A DNA stretch of 63,825 nucleotides, filler included, from Octopus bimaculoides (GCF_001194135.2; 6 parts of 6 records of this genome joined end to end with filler, not necessarily neighbours in it), one strand, 5' to 3'. Shown: positions 1-11,457, counted from the first letter of the whole stretch. Notes: generated by a model not told the origin, from the letters alone. Numbers and translations: made by a program.

Positions 1-454
1 TCTTTCTTTGTATCTCAAATGAATACCGTAAGCATGAAATGATATATGTATTATGTCTTTTATTCAGCTTAATCTTACCATATGGTTTGGTAATAGTACA
101 TATTGTTTCATTCAGTAATGCGTTTGGTTCGTTGTAGTATTGAAAGTAAGCAGCTAGTGACCTCATTTGCTTTATTTCTGATTTAATATGTATTTGGTAT
201 ATCACATGGCAACCGAGTTTTATTTATTTATGTATTTGTCCTCCAGTATTCTCCCCATGTTTTCTAACTCCTAGAACAGGCGGGGTTGTTATGTGACCGC
301 TCGGCTTTGTTATGTAGATAAACAGTCATTAAAATTACACACTAAACGCCTTAACAGTGGCTAATGTGATACACTAGTAAGAAAGAAAATAGTGGTTTCT
401 CTCGTTTAGACTCCGAATTGCTATATAAAAAGATCTCCCAAAATATTTTTCATT

Positions 455-1093
455 TAAGATGTTCCAAACGTGAACATTCCATCTTTTAAAAGCGTTCCGA
501 CCGTGACCATCCCGTCTTTTATTAGCATTTCAAACGTATTTATCCCGTCTTTTAAAAACGCTCCAAACGTGACTATCTCGTCTTTTAAAAGCGTCCCAGA
601 CATGACTATTCCGTTTTTTAAAAGCGTTCCAGACATGATTATCCCATCTTTTAAAAACGTTCCAAATGTGACTATCCCATCTTTTAAAAGCGTTCCAAAC
701 GTGACTATCCCATCTTTTAAAAGCGTCCCAAACGTGACTATCCCATCTTTTAAAAGCGTCCCAAACGTGACTATCCCATCTTTTAAAAGNNNNNNNNNNT
801 CTTTTAAAAGCGTCCCAAACGTGACTATCCCATCTTTTAAAAGCGTCCCAAACGTGACTATCCCATCTTTTAAAAGCGTCCCAAACGTGACTATTCCATA
901 TTTTAAAAGCGTCCCAAACGTGACTATTCCATATTTTAAAAGCGTTCCAAACGTGACTATTCCATATTTTAAAAGCGTTCCAAACATGACTATCCCATCT
1001 TTTAAAAGCACGTCAAACGTGATCATTCCGCTTTTTAAAGATGTTCCGATTGTGACCATCCCATCTTTTAAAAGCGTTCCAAATGTGACTATC
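455..1093. repeat. 33-bp minisatellite, about 19-20 copies
   Basis: Unit AACGTGACTATCCCATCTTTTAAAAGCGTCCCA; homogeneous core, degenerate edges; 10-N gap at 790-799. Confidence 0.95.
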
Positions 1094-1097
1094 TTGT

Positions 1098-1540
1098 CAT
1101 TATCATCATCGTTTAACGTCCGCTTTCCATGCTAGCATGGGTTGGACGATTTGACTAAGGACTGGTGAACCAGATGGCTACACCAGGCTCCAATCTGATT
1201 AGACAGAGTTTCTACAGCTGGATGCCCTTCCTAACGCCAACTACTCCGAGAGTGTAGTGGGTGGTTTTATGTGCCACCGGCACGAAGTCCAGTCAGGCGG
1301 TACTCGCAACGGCCATGCTAAAAATGGTGTATTTTACGTGCCACCTGCACAGGAGTCAGTCCAATGTTTTGTTCACATGCCACTGGCACGAGTGCCAGTA
1401 AGGTGAAGCTGGAAACGATCGCGCTCAAATGGTGCTTTTTTTACGTGCCTACGGCATGGAAGTGAAACCGCTGCTCTGGCAGTGATCCCGCTCGGATGGT
1501 GCTGTTAGCGCTCCACTGGTACAGGTGCCAGTCATACATG
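1098..1540 (-). mobile_element. Abundant octopus SINE / LINE-3'-end family ending in (GAT)n ('family D')
   Basis: CATCATCGTTTAACGTCCGCTTTCCATGCTAGCATGGGTTGGACGATTTGACT...CTGGATGCCCTTCCTAACGCC block recurs at 2645, 8195, 60896 and 62520; internal GTGCCACCGGCACG subrepeats. Confidence 0.85.
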
Positions 1541-1677
1541 GATGTTAAATGATAATAATGATATATGCATGCATGTGTGTATGTATATGTCTATACATAT
1601 TAGTGTGTATGTTTCTATAGATGTGGGTGTGTACACATTTAGACATTTAATGAACACTCCTTGTACATAGATATTTT

Positions 1678-2110
1678 GGTGCCAGTGTAGTGTGTGATCT
1701 ACATACATGTTTCTGGTATAGCTTGTGATCTATATTAGTTCAAATGGTATAGTTTGTGATCTACACCAACTTTTTGATCTACATTTAAAATTCATCTATT
1801 TACTTGACTTCTGGTTGGTTTTGTATATAAACGAAAAACACTTTTATGATCTAAACACTTTTAGTCCGGACCCCATTGAAAGAAGTCGTGATGAGAGCAA
1901 AAGAATTTTATACACAGGTTATTCGAGACGAAGAAGCTGCGATAGAATTTCTCTGTTGCTATGAACTCCTTAACGAACACAGAGATATTGGTCCATCTCT
2001 AATTATAATTGCAAATTTATAACAAAATTTTGAATGTAGATCACAAGCTAGTCTAGATTTAACTTGCTGTAGATCAAAATGGCATGCAGATCACATACTA
2101 CATTGGCACT
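1678..2110 (+). mobile_element. Merlin-like DNA transposon deletion derivative
   Basis: Imperfect ~25-bp TIRs starting GGTGCCAGTGTAG; 8-bp TSD GATATTTT/GGTATTTT (7/8 match); internal frame MRAKEFYTQVIRDEEAAIEFLCCYELL resembles the ISXO2/Merlin transposase N-terminus; subterminal GATCTAC repeats. Confidence 0.6.
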
Positions 2111-2153
2111 GGTATTTTCTTGTTTAAAAAGTCAAAGTATTTAAGAGCAGATA

Positions 2154-2161
2154 ATGGTGAT
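2154..2161 (+). CDS. Candidate start-codon exon of PNP (ATG GTG AT|gtaagt)
   Basis: ATG followed by a consensus GTAAGT donor in phase 2, the phase needed to join 7312 and give MVIISYEQ. A second GTAAGT lies 12 nt downstream. Only 8 coding nt, so support is weak. Confidence 0.3.
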
Positions 2162-2644
2162 GTAAGTAAATAGGTAAGTTATCTTCTCGTGTCATGCTGA
2201 CTCATAAGGGCCAGTTTCCCGGTTTCATGGTATATAGATTCCCCACCTGAATGGGATGCTTGTCCAACGCAGGATTACTCATTTTAGCCAGCTGAGTGGA
2301 CTGGAACAACATAAAATAAAGTATTTTGCTCAAGAACACAATGTGTTGCCCAGTCCAGGAACTGAAACCACAGTTGTACCATCACGAGTCCAACACCCTA
2401 ACCACTAAGCCATGTGCCTCCACAGTGGAGTGTAACAAAATAGGAAACCCATTTTTACACTACTGGAAAGTAAGTGAGGATATGATCACTTCAGTTTAAA
2501 GTGTCCTCCTGACTTGACTGATTCTAGTCTGTCATGGCCGAGCCAATAAGTAATGGCTAGTTAAGAGTGGAAAAAGTATGAAATATGATAGCTAACCCAT
2601 TGCTGTTAGTGGTAGCTGAGAGAAGGAGAGAAAGNNNNNNNNNN

Positions 2645-2995
2645 TAACGTCTGCTTTCCATGCCAGCATGGGTTGGACGATTTGACTGAGGACTGGTGAA
2701 ACCAGATGGCTACACCAGGCTCCAATCTGATTTGGCAGAGTTTGTACAGCTGGATGCCCTTCCTAACGCCAGCCACTCTGAGAGTGTAGTGGATGCTTTT
2801 ACATGCCCTTGTGTCGGTGGCATGTAAAAGCACCCACTACACTCTCAGAGTGGTTGGCGTTAGGAAGGGCATCCAGCTGTAGAAACTCTGTCAAATCAGA
2901 TTGGAGCCTGGTGTCGCCTCCTGGTCCACCAGTCCTCAGTCAAATCGTCCAACCCATGCTACCATGGAAAGCGGATGTTTAAACGATGATGATGT
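2645..2995. repeat. Head-to-head inverted pair of family D elements (about 163-bp arms, 11-nt loop)
   Basis: 2645-2807 is the reverse complement of 2819-2981 with scattered mismatches; loop CTTGTGTCGGT. Confidence 0.9.
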
Positions 2996-4082
2996 GTTGT
3001 TTTACAGCCAGATACTTTTCCTGTTACTAACCGTAATCATGCTCGAATGGTGCTTTTTACGTGCCACCGGCACGGGCCAGTCAGCGGCCCTGGCAACGAT
3101 CACGCTCGGATGGTGCTCTTAGCGCTCCACTAGCACGGATGCCAGTCATGCGGTGCTGTCATCGAATTTGATTTTGATTTCACTTGCCTCAACACGTCTT
3201 CACAAGCAGAGTTTAGTGTGCATGTGTGTGTGTGGAAGGGGGAAGCAGGTGAAGGGTGTTACAAAGATGGAGGCTACCTTCAGAATCTATTGTAGTACCC
3301 TCATATATGTATGTGTAGTTTTGATTCAAGAATTATGGTTGGAATAGGGTTTTCTGGTGAAAGATTAATATGTTAAATTTTTTTCACAACATAGCTAAAG
3401 GAACATAATTCTGTGTTATAATAATTTCTCATTCCCAAATTAAATTGACTTTCTTTCATCAGATCAACTTAAAATGTAGTTTCAAATAAGGTGTACTGCA
3501 ACATTTTGACACTAGTGTAGGAGCCCGGCTAGAAAGGTGATAGGAGATAAGGTCTAGTTGAATGGCGACCTTTGTTCCTAAACTAGATAACTTACTTTTT
3601 CCTTTAAGGTTATTTGTAATCAAGTGTGTATGTAACCCAGACCAGATTTGTTGATAAACTGAAGGAGCTAATCATATCGACTTGTAGTAATGTCAGTCAC
3701 AGATAGCCTTGGATGAGTTTAAAGTTCATGTGTTTTATGGAATCAAAATAGATGTCAAAGGTCATTAGTTTGTATAATTATTGTAATATGGTACATTTGA
3801 ATAAATCAAGTTCTTTTTCAATAGATCCACATTCTTGTCTTGTGGGTGTGTATGTATCACCTCTGTTTCTAACAGTCACTTTTGCTTGCTTGTGGGTCAG
3901 GTAGAATTTGTCACGGTAGATTTTTTTTTCTGGCTAGGTACCCTTCCTCATCTTTTTAACCATATTTACTCACAGAAGACAGGAAGTAAACGACATCACT
4001 TGTATGAGGATGATGCTCATTTGCAATCATCACATGTACATGCAAACGCAAACATGCATATATGTATAAATAGTATATATGA

Positions 4083-4232
4083 TGGGTTTCATTCAGTTTC
4101 CGTCTACAAAGGCTTTTTGGTTGGCCTGAGGGTAGAGTAGAAGACACTTGCCCAAGGTGCCATGCAGTAGGACTGAACTGAAGACCCACATGATTGAAAG
4201 CAAGCTTCTTAATCACATAGCCATGCCTGTGT
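4083..4232 (-). mobile_element. tRNA-like SINE 'family B' (GGCTGTGTGGTAAG head), diverged
   Basis: Reverse complement of the 38722/41036 consensus (GTAGAAGACACTTGCCCAAGGTGCC...AAGCAAGCTTCTTA...CACATAGCC). Confidence 0.75.
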
Positions 4233-4314
4233 GTGTATTTATACACCAGTTTATATTATTTCCTTATATATATTTCACTATTGTGGATGCTTGACCACCA
4301 CAGATACTTTAGTA

Positions 4315-4759
4315 GGATCTTTTTTAAAACGGGGGCCACATTTTTCATTAATGTTTTACGTAGTGTTTTTGGTACCGAAAGACTTTCAAACTTCGTATAC
4401 TTATCTATTTTGTGTTATAGAACAGAAAAATATTTTTGTATTCGAATTTATTTCATGTAAAAAATTGTCTTNNNNNNNNNNNNNNNNNNNNNNNNNNNNN
4501 NNNNNNNNNNNNNNNNNNNNNNNNNNNNNNNNNNNNNNNNNNNNNNNNNNNNNNNNNNNNNNNNNNNNNNNNNNNNNNNNNNNNNNNNNNNNNNNNNNNN
4601 NNNNNNNNNNNNNNNNNNNNNNNNNNNNNNNNNNNNNNNNNNNNNNNNNNNNNNNNNNNNNNNNNNNNNNNNNNNNNNNNNATGACACAGTCTACCAGTG
4701 TTCCAAGTTTCAAAGTGTTTCGTTAATGAAAAATGTGGCCCCCGTTTTAAAAAAGATCC
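4315..4759. mobile_element. Non-autonomous DNA transposon (MITE), Merlin- or hAT-type
   Basis: Perfect 37-bp TIR GGATCTTTTTTAAAACGGGGGCCACATTTTTCATTAA; perfect 8-bp TSD CTTTAGTA (4307-4314, 4760-4767); interior partly gap. Confidence 0.9.
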
Positions 4760-4789
4760 CTTTAGTAATTTAAGCATATACTGGGAACA

Positions 4790-5245
4790 GGTGGATGATG
4801 GAGCTCTTAACTTGGCAGTAGCAGTCGTACATGTAACTGCTCACACAAGGTTATGTCTGCTTGTCATTACTCAGTTTTATTTCAAGGTTTCTAGCCAATA
4901 GAGAAAGATCCAGTTTCTAACCTTCACTGGAATTTCAACAACATCAACAGGGTGTGTATGTATATGTATGTATGTATGTATGCATGCATGTGTGCGTGCA
5001 GATTTGTATGTTTTGTTTTATGTATGTATTCTTATGCATATACTTGCATATTTAGACATGTTCATATATACTTAAATGATAAACTTCTGGGAAGTTTTAC
5101 AGATTTACGCAGTCCCAGTGATGGCCTGGATTTTTAGTCTTCAAATCAGCTTTCTCCTTTCTGGTTTTGAGAAGCTCCATTTCTCAAGACTGGTACTTAG
5201 AGAGTGTGTTACATATCCCAGTGCCTCAATGATTACAGGTATATA
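4790..5245 (+). repeat. Interspersed repeat shared with about 52680-53040
   Basis: Shared blocks TTCTxGCCAATAGAxAAAGA...GGAATTTCAACAxCAACAG and ACATATCCCAGTG...ATTACAGGTA. Confidence 0.7.
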
Positions 5246-5384
5246 ATTACATGTGTGTGTGTGTAAAAACAAGAACTTTTGGATGGAAATTTATAAATCT
5301 TTTAATGCATTGCTATGTATGTTTCTTATTTCTTTATTGTCCACAAGGGGCTAAACATAGAGGGGATGAATAACAACAGACAAA

Positions 5385-5560
5385 CGGATTAAGTCGATTA
5401 CATCAACCCCAGTGCGTAACTGGTACTTAATTTATCGATCCTGAAAGGATGAAAGGTGAAGTCGACCGTGGCGAAATTTGAACTCAGAACGTAACGGCAG
5501 ACGAAATACCGCTAAGTGTTTCGCTTGGTGTGCTAACGTTTCTGCCAATTTGCCACCGCT
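5385..5560 (-). mobile_element. tRNA-like SINE 'family A' (GGCGAGxTGGCAGAA...GAGTTCAAAT head)
   Basis: Reverse complement of copies at 35027 and 36945; B-box-like GAGTTCAAATT. Confidence 0.8.
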
Positions 5561-5854
5561 ATGTATGTTTCTACAAGCCTCATTCTTTAATTGTTGTATC
5601 TGCCATCCATAGGATATTACAAATATGATTTGCAAAATGTATGGATTCTAAGGGAAATATTGATACAGGTGTTTGTTTCCTTAGGCAAAACCTTCTCATA
5701 AATGTAATCTAGAAGATGGGAACAATAAGTTGTAACTGGAATAAATAACATTGGACTTTCATCTCTTCCCCAAGATGAAAATGCAGCTCAAAGGTTGCTG
5801 TTTTAACACGGTTGTAAGCACTCTAAAAAAACTGGTAAGCTGGAGAGTTGTATC

Positions 5855-6165
5855 AGGTTCCCGTCTGATTTTGGCTTGGTTTCTATGACTGGATGTCCTT
5901 CTTAATGCCAACCACTCCTAGAGTTTACATGTCACCATCATGGGTACTTTTATGTATCACTGGCACATGTGCCTTTGTGTGTCACCAGCACCAGTTACAA
6001 CTATGATTTCACTTGACAGGTCTTCTCAAGCACAGCAAAGGTCTCGATTACTTGTCATCGCCTCCATGACACCCAATATTTGAAGCTCATGCTTCATCAT
6101 CTCATCCCATGTCTTCCCAGGATTACCTCTTCCACAGGTTCCCTCCACAATTAGAGATCAGCCCT
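5855..6165 (-). mobile_element. Family D element, diverged
   Basis: TCTGATTTTGGC...CTGGATGTCCTTCTTAATGCCAACCACTCC block plus the extension shared with 8700-8870. Confidence 0.65.
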
Positions 6166-6201
<36 letters not shown>

Positions 6202-7311
6202 NNNNNNNNNNNNNNNNNNNNNNNNNNNNNNNNNNNNNNNNNNNNNNNNNNNNNNNNNNNNNNNNNNNNNNNNNNNNNNNNNNNNNNNNNNNNNNNNNNN
6301 NNNNNNNNNNNNNNNNNNNNNNNNNNNNNNNNNNNNNNNNNNNNNNNNNNNNNNNNNNNNNNNNNNNNNNNNNNNNNNNNNNNNNNNNNNNNNNNNNNNN
6401 NNNNNNNNNNNNNNNNNNNNNNNNNNNNNNNNNNNNNNNNNNNNNNNNNNNNNNNNNNNNNNNNNNNNNNNNNNNNNNNNNNNNNNNNNNNNNNNNNNNN
6501 NTTCAAACAGTGTAGCTTACTTTCCGAGGGCCCAGGTCAGCCGGGACGAGAATCTGTTGATTCTTTTCCTTGGCTTTTGAATTGCACTATAATTCTATTA
6601 GCAGTAGCAAGAGGAATTTGAAGATTTTAGGCAATTTTTCGCTGGCTGAGGCCAGCCTCAGATTGCCCAACAATACGACCTCTTTGAAAATCTGACAGTT
6701 CTGCTGAATTTTTTGTGTGTGGCATGGTTACTCTTCGCAAATGTTTAATATAATGGCACCTGGAATGAAAAAGAATAATTACATTGTAAATTCTACACCG
6801 CTGAAAACATATTGGGATGCTTAGATCAGAAATTTTGAAAATTAAAGGTGTCTATTTACTTCCTGCATATCTGTTGTTAGATGACTTATGAAGGTTCAGC
6901 AATTTCTTGCTGAACAGCCATGCATAAATGATTTGTTTATAGTGACTAAATGTTAGTGTTCACATAAGATTACTTCTTACATCAAATCAGCATTACCTGT
7001 GCAGGTGTATGGCATGCCACATATCAGGTGATAAAATGATTGCAGAGCAACGTGAAATGAAGTGTTTTACTCATAAACACAATGCAATGCGTGGTCTGGG
7101 AATCGAAACCACAATCTCATGATTGTGTGTGTAACACTCTAACCACTAAGCCATTCGCCTTTACACGTGTATTTGTGTGTCGTGTGTGTGTGTGGTGCAT
7201 GCACACACCCACACAGTGCTATAAGAAGGGTACAATTAAACATTTTATTGAAAATCTAAAAAAAAAAAATCAACCAAAAATTAATTTACAAATTTTTTTT
7301 TTCCCTTTTAG

Positions 7312-7481
7312 TATTTCCTATGAGCAAGTAGAATGTATTGCCAATGTCATAAAACCCAAGCTAAATGCTGTACCAAAGATTGGAGTCATCTGTGGATCTG
7401 GTCTTGGAGGTCTGGCTGACATGGTAACTGACAAAGTCTGCTTCCCTTATTCAGAATTGCCTGACTTTCCAGTCAGCACAG
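7312..7481 (+). CDS. PNP: Purine nucleoside phosphorylase, internal coding exon (equivalent to human exon 2)
   Basis: Translates ISYEQVECIANVIKPKLNAVPKIGVICGSGLGGLADMVTDKVCFPYSELPDFPVST, containing the PNP motifs ICGSGLGGL and Y-x-E-[IL]-P-x-F-P-x-S-T. Flanked by acceptor ttttttccctttta-g| (AG 7310-7311) and donor ACAG|gtaaat (GT 7482). 170 nt, phase 2 to phase 1. Confidence 0.95.
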
Positions 7482-8194
7482 GTAAATAAATATTTTTTTC
7501 TTACCTCTCTTTTTTTTTTTTTTTCCCATTGTTATTTATCTTCTGTTGGACCAACTGTTGTATTTTCCTTCTAATAAGCATCCAACATCTCCCCCATTGG
7601 CTGCCGTTTAGAATTTGTCCTTTAGCTCGGAATTTGCGTCAATGAATGTAGTTAATGTATTTCCATGTTATCGTGTCTTCAGACTTGGTTTCCTCTTCAA
7701 AATTCTTCATCCATCTGTGTACATTGCTCTTATCAAATGGGTCACCTCACCTCTATAAACAACTTGTGACTTTATGGTGCTGCCAACAAGCTGTACTTTA
7801 ACCAGAATTCAATGATAGCACATTAGTCTGTGAGGGAATTCAAATCACACTCAAGTCAGCATGACTTTCATTCTCTCAGAGTTAAGAGGTCTGGGGCGGG
7901 GGAGCAATTTCACTGACTAATCCCTCTCCTAAATTATGTCTATATTAGAGATCTTTATGCAGTATTTAAAATATGTAGATGTGCTACTTAAATTTTATAA
8001 TATGGAAACTTAAGAATATAAAAATATGGTCTTGGAATGTAAATAATTGCCTTGTCATGAAACTGAAACTCTTGTAGAATATCTGTATAGCTTGATACTG
8101 TATAAAGATCTGATAGAAGTATTGTAGTCTTTCTATGTGTTAACTGTTCACCAAGTAACAAGCATGCATGTATATATGTGTAAATATATCAAGC

Positions 8195-8870
8195 ACGTTT
8201 GCTTTCCATGCTGGCATGCGTTGGATGGTTTGACTGAGGACTGGTGAGCCAGAGGCTGCACCAAGCTCAATCGGATCTGGCAAAGTTTCTACAGCTGGAT
8301 GCCCTTCTTAATGTCAACCACTCCAAGAGTGTAGTGGGTGCTTTTACATGCCACTGGCACGAGGGCCAGTCAGGCGGTTCTGGCAATGACCACGCTCAAA
8401 AGGTGTTTTTACGTGCTGCCTGCACGGGAGCCAGTCTGGCAGTACCGGTAACGACCACGCTCGAATGTTGGTTTCCACGTGCCACAGCACATGTGTCACC
8501 TGCATGGGAGCCAATCAGTGGCTCTGGCAACAACCACGCTCAGATGTGCTTTTAACGTTCCACTGGCACGAGTGCCAATCAGGTGGTACTGTCATCAGTC
8601 ACATCAGCAATTTTGATTTTTTACACTTTCGTCAATAGGTTTTCACAAGCAAGGTTTATTGTCCAATGAATGAGGGGTATTCATAAATGGGCTGGCTACA
8701 CCTACTGGCATAGGCCATGGACTATGGTCTCACTTAGCTTGTTGGGTCTTCTCAAGCACAGCATATCTCCAAAGGTCCTTCACTAGTCATTGCCTCGGTA
8801 AGGCCCAATATTTGAAGGTCGTGCTTCACCACCTCATTCCAGATTTTCCTGGTTCTACCTCTTCCACAGG
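8195..8870 (-). mobile_element. Family D element, long copy with tandem subrepeats
   Basis: Same head block as 1098; repeated ACGTGCCAC/GGCACG...ACCACGCTC units. Confidence 0.8.
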
Positions 8871-9263
8871 TTTCCTCAACTGCTAGGGTGTGACACTTTT
8901 TTCACACAACTGTCCTCATTCATTTGCATATCAGCGCAGTCGTCTCTCTTGCACACCACATCTGATGCTTCTTAAATCCAACTTTTCTCTTAGGGTGCTT
9001 ACAGTCTGTCGTGTATGCACACTGACATTACACATCCAGCGGAGTCTTCTGGCTTCATTCTTTGCAAGCTTATATGTATGCATATATATGGATATGCATG
9101 TATGTGTGTATATATATATATATGTATATGCATATATGTATATACATGTATGTATGTATATATATGTATATGCATGTATGTGTATGTATATATATGTATA
9201 TGCATGTATGTGTATGTATATATATGTATATGCATGTATGTGTATGTATATATATGTATATGC

Positions 9264-9363
9264 NNNNNNNNNNNNNNNNNNNNNNNNNNNNNNNNNNNNN
9301 NNNNNNNTTAATTAATTAANNNNNNNNNNNNNNNNNNNNNNNNNNNNNNNNNNNNNNNNNNNN
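9264..9363. other. Artificial scaffold-join linker (44N-TTAATTAATTAA-44N)
   Basis: Exactly 100 bp; the 12-mer at 9308-9319 gives stops in all six frames; identical at five sites. Confidence 0.95.
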
Positions 9364-9669
9364 ATAACAAAGACCTGGAAATAGAGATAACTCGAATGTG
9401 GAATCTAAAAACAGAAACAATTCCTATCATAGTAGGTGCCTTAGGTATAATAAAAAAATATTCAGACAAATACATAACAAAAACACCAGGACTTACAAAT
9501 ATATATAACATACAGAAAATTGCACTACTGGGTACTGCACACATTCTACGCAAAACACTTTCAATACAGTAAACATAAGAGCACCACAGCAAACCACAGC
9601 ACATACCCAAGGCGCACAGAGCTGCGCTCGGTAGTGAAGTGAAAGCACGTTATAAAAATAAAACTACTG
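9364..9669 (+). mobile_element. 3' end of Dong/R4-clade (RLE) non-LTR retrotransposon
   Basis: Encodes KDLEIEITRMWNLKTETIPIIVGALGIIKKYSDKYITKTPGLTNIYNIQKIALLGTAHILRKTLSIQ*, then a 3' UTR ending AAAACTACTG followed by (AAT)8. Confidence 0.8.
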
Positions 9670-9691
9670 AATAATAATAATAATAATAATA

Positions 9692-10385
9692 ATGGACCAG
9701 CACATACGTGGTAGATGGAACAAACAAATGGTCATGGAGTGTTACTACCTGAGCAACCCTGTAGACGAAAATGGTATTCATATTAGCGGATACCGACAAC
9801 GTATGCGTGACCACTGGAGAGAAAGAGGATTGTTTCAACTCACGGAACAGAGATTATGTGATCAACTGGAGAAATAAGAAATATATCGTTGGTTCACTGA
9901 AGTATAGCTCGAAGCTATCAAAAGACGGGTATTGGAAAACAGTAGCAGAGAAAACGATAAAAATACAGTTCCTACTGATAGAAGTAATATCATAGCAGAA
10001 AACACTGGTGAAATAAACCAAAAGAAAGGAACATTGATAGCTTGCCCGATGAGATACATATAGATAATTTGGAATATTATAAAACTCATGGTCACCTGAC
10101 AGATAGGGCAAAACGCAATCTACGACAGAATAAAGGCAAGGCTACAGGAGAACGATAGCAACATTATTTGCAACCTTAAAAAAGGTTGATTTGGGAAATT
10201 GAGCCTAGAAACGAAAAATGTGAATGAAATTCTGAAATTCATCAGAACAAAAAACATCACAGAAACAAATAAGTTGATCAAGGCAGCAAGTATTGTTGTT
10301 GCAGAAAATGTGGGTGTTGATGTCCAGAAAAAGAAATATAATGAGAGTGACAAAAGAAAAGATCTATGGTGGAAAAGAAGAATAC
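9692..10385 (+). mobile_element. Decayed N-terminal ORF fragment of Dong/R4-type retrotransposon
   Basis: VMECYYLSNP...GYRQRMRDHWRERG...TEQRLCDQ and INKLIKAAS...WWKRRI-type blocks, with frameshifts. Confidence 0.65.
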
Positions 10386-10475
10386 AGACAGGGTTAGATG
10401 TGCTCTCGAAATGTGCAGACGAAATACCGGTAAGCATTTCTTTCGACGGGCTAACGATTCTGCCAGCTCACCGCC

Positions 10476-10614
<139 letters not shown>

Positions 10615-10615
10615 T

Positions 10616-10829
10616 AAGTATTCAGACAAATACATAACAAAAACACCAGGACTTACAGGTATATGTAACATATAGAAAATTGCACTACTGGGCACTGCAC
10701 ACATCCTACGCAAAACACTTTTAATACAGTAACCATAAGAGCATCACAGCAAACCACAACACATTCCCAAGGCACACAGAGCTGCGCTCGGTAGTGAAGT
10801 GAAAGCACGCTATAAAAATAAAACTACTG
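10616..10829 (+). mobile_element. 5'-truncated Dong/R4 3' end (second copy) flanked by (AAT)n on both sides
   Basis: Highly similar to 9455-9669; ends AAAACTACTG(AAT)n. Confidence 0.85.
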
Positions 10830-11281
10830 AATAATAATAATAATAGAATACAACGATTGGAAATTATGGTTGTCGACGAGAAGATACTATTTATAGTAAT
10901 CGTCTTGGCATGTGGATTTGACGCTAGAATAAAAAGAAAGGAAACAAAAGAACTAGACCATTGTATTGGTGTATGAAATGAGCAAGTGGTGGGACAGGAA
11001 ATTTAATAAGGTTATGATATGATGGTGATTATAACTGGAGCCTTGGGAAATCTGGCAAAATGTCTGAGATCAATGTTTGAAAAACTTGATCTTAACCTAG
11101 GAATAAATGTAGTGCAAAAATGATGTCTGCTAAATTCAGCAAGAATTATCAGAAAACTTCTCAAGACAATACAGATATGAAAAGCGCAACATTCTCTTTT
11201 CTCTTCGTAGACTACGATTTGTGGTTCGATAGAAAGCATATTTAACACGACAGCACACTAATTCAGTGAACCAAGAGTACA

Positions 11282-11334
<53 letters not shown>

Positions 11335-11457
11335 AAGGGTGAGGAAGCAAAACTTACAAAATAATAGATAATTCACCAAATTGTTTATATTACAACAACC
11401 AGCGACCTGACATAAATATAATTTTAGCACATGTATACAAGGGTATAAAGAGACAAT

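Noticed and set aside
422-432. TATATAAAAAG as a TATA box
   Set aside because: Expected by chance in AT-rich DNA; no independent evidence of a transcription start.
455-1093. CRISPR-like array (33-bp repeats)
   Set aside because: Units are directly adjacent with no unique spacers, there are no cas genes, and the context is eukaryotic.
9308-9319. TTAATTAATTAA as a biological motif (homeodomain site or piggyBac target)
   Set aside because: Always centred in exactly 44+44 N; it is an assembly linker.
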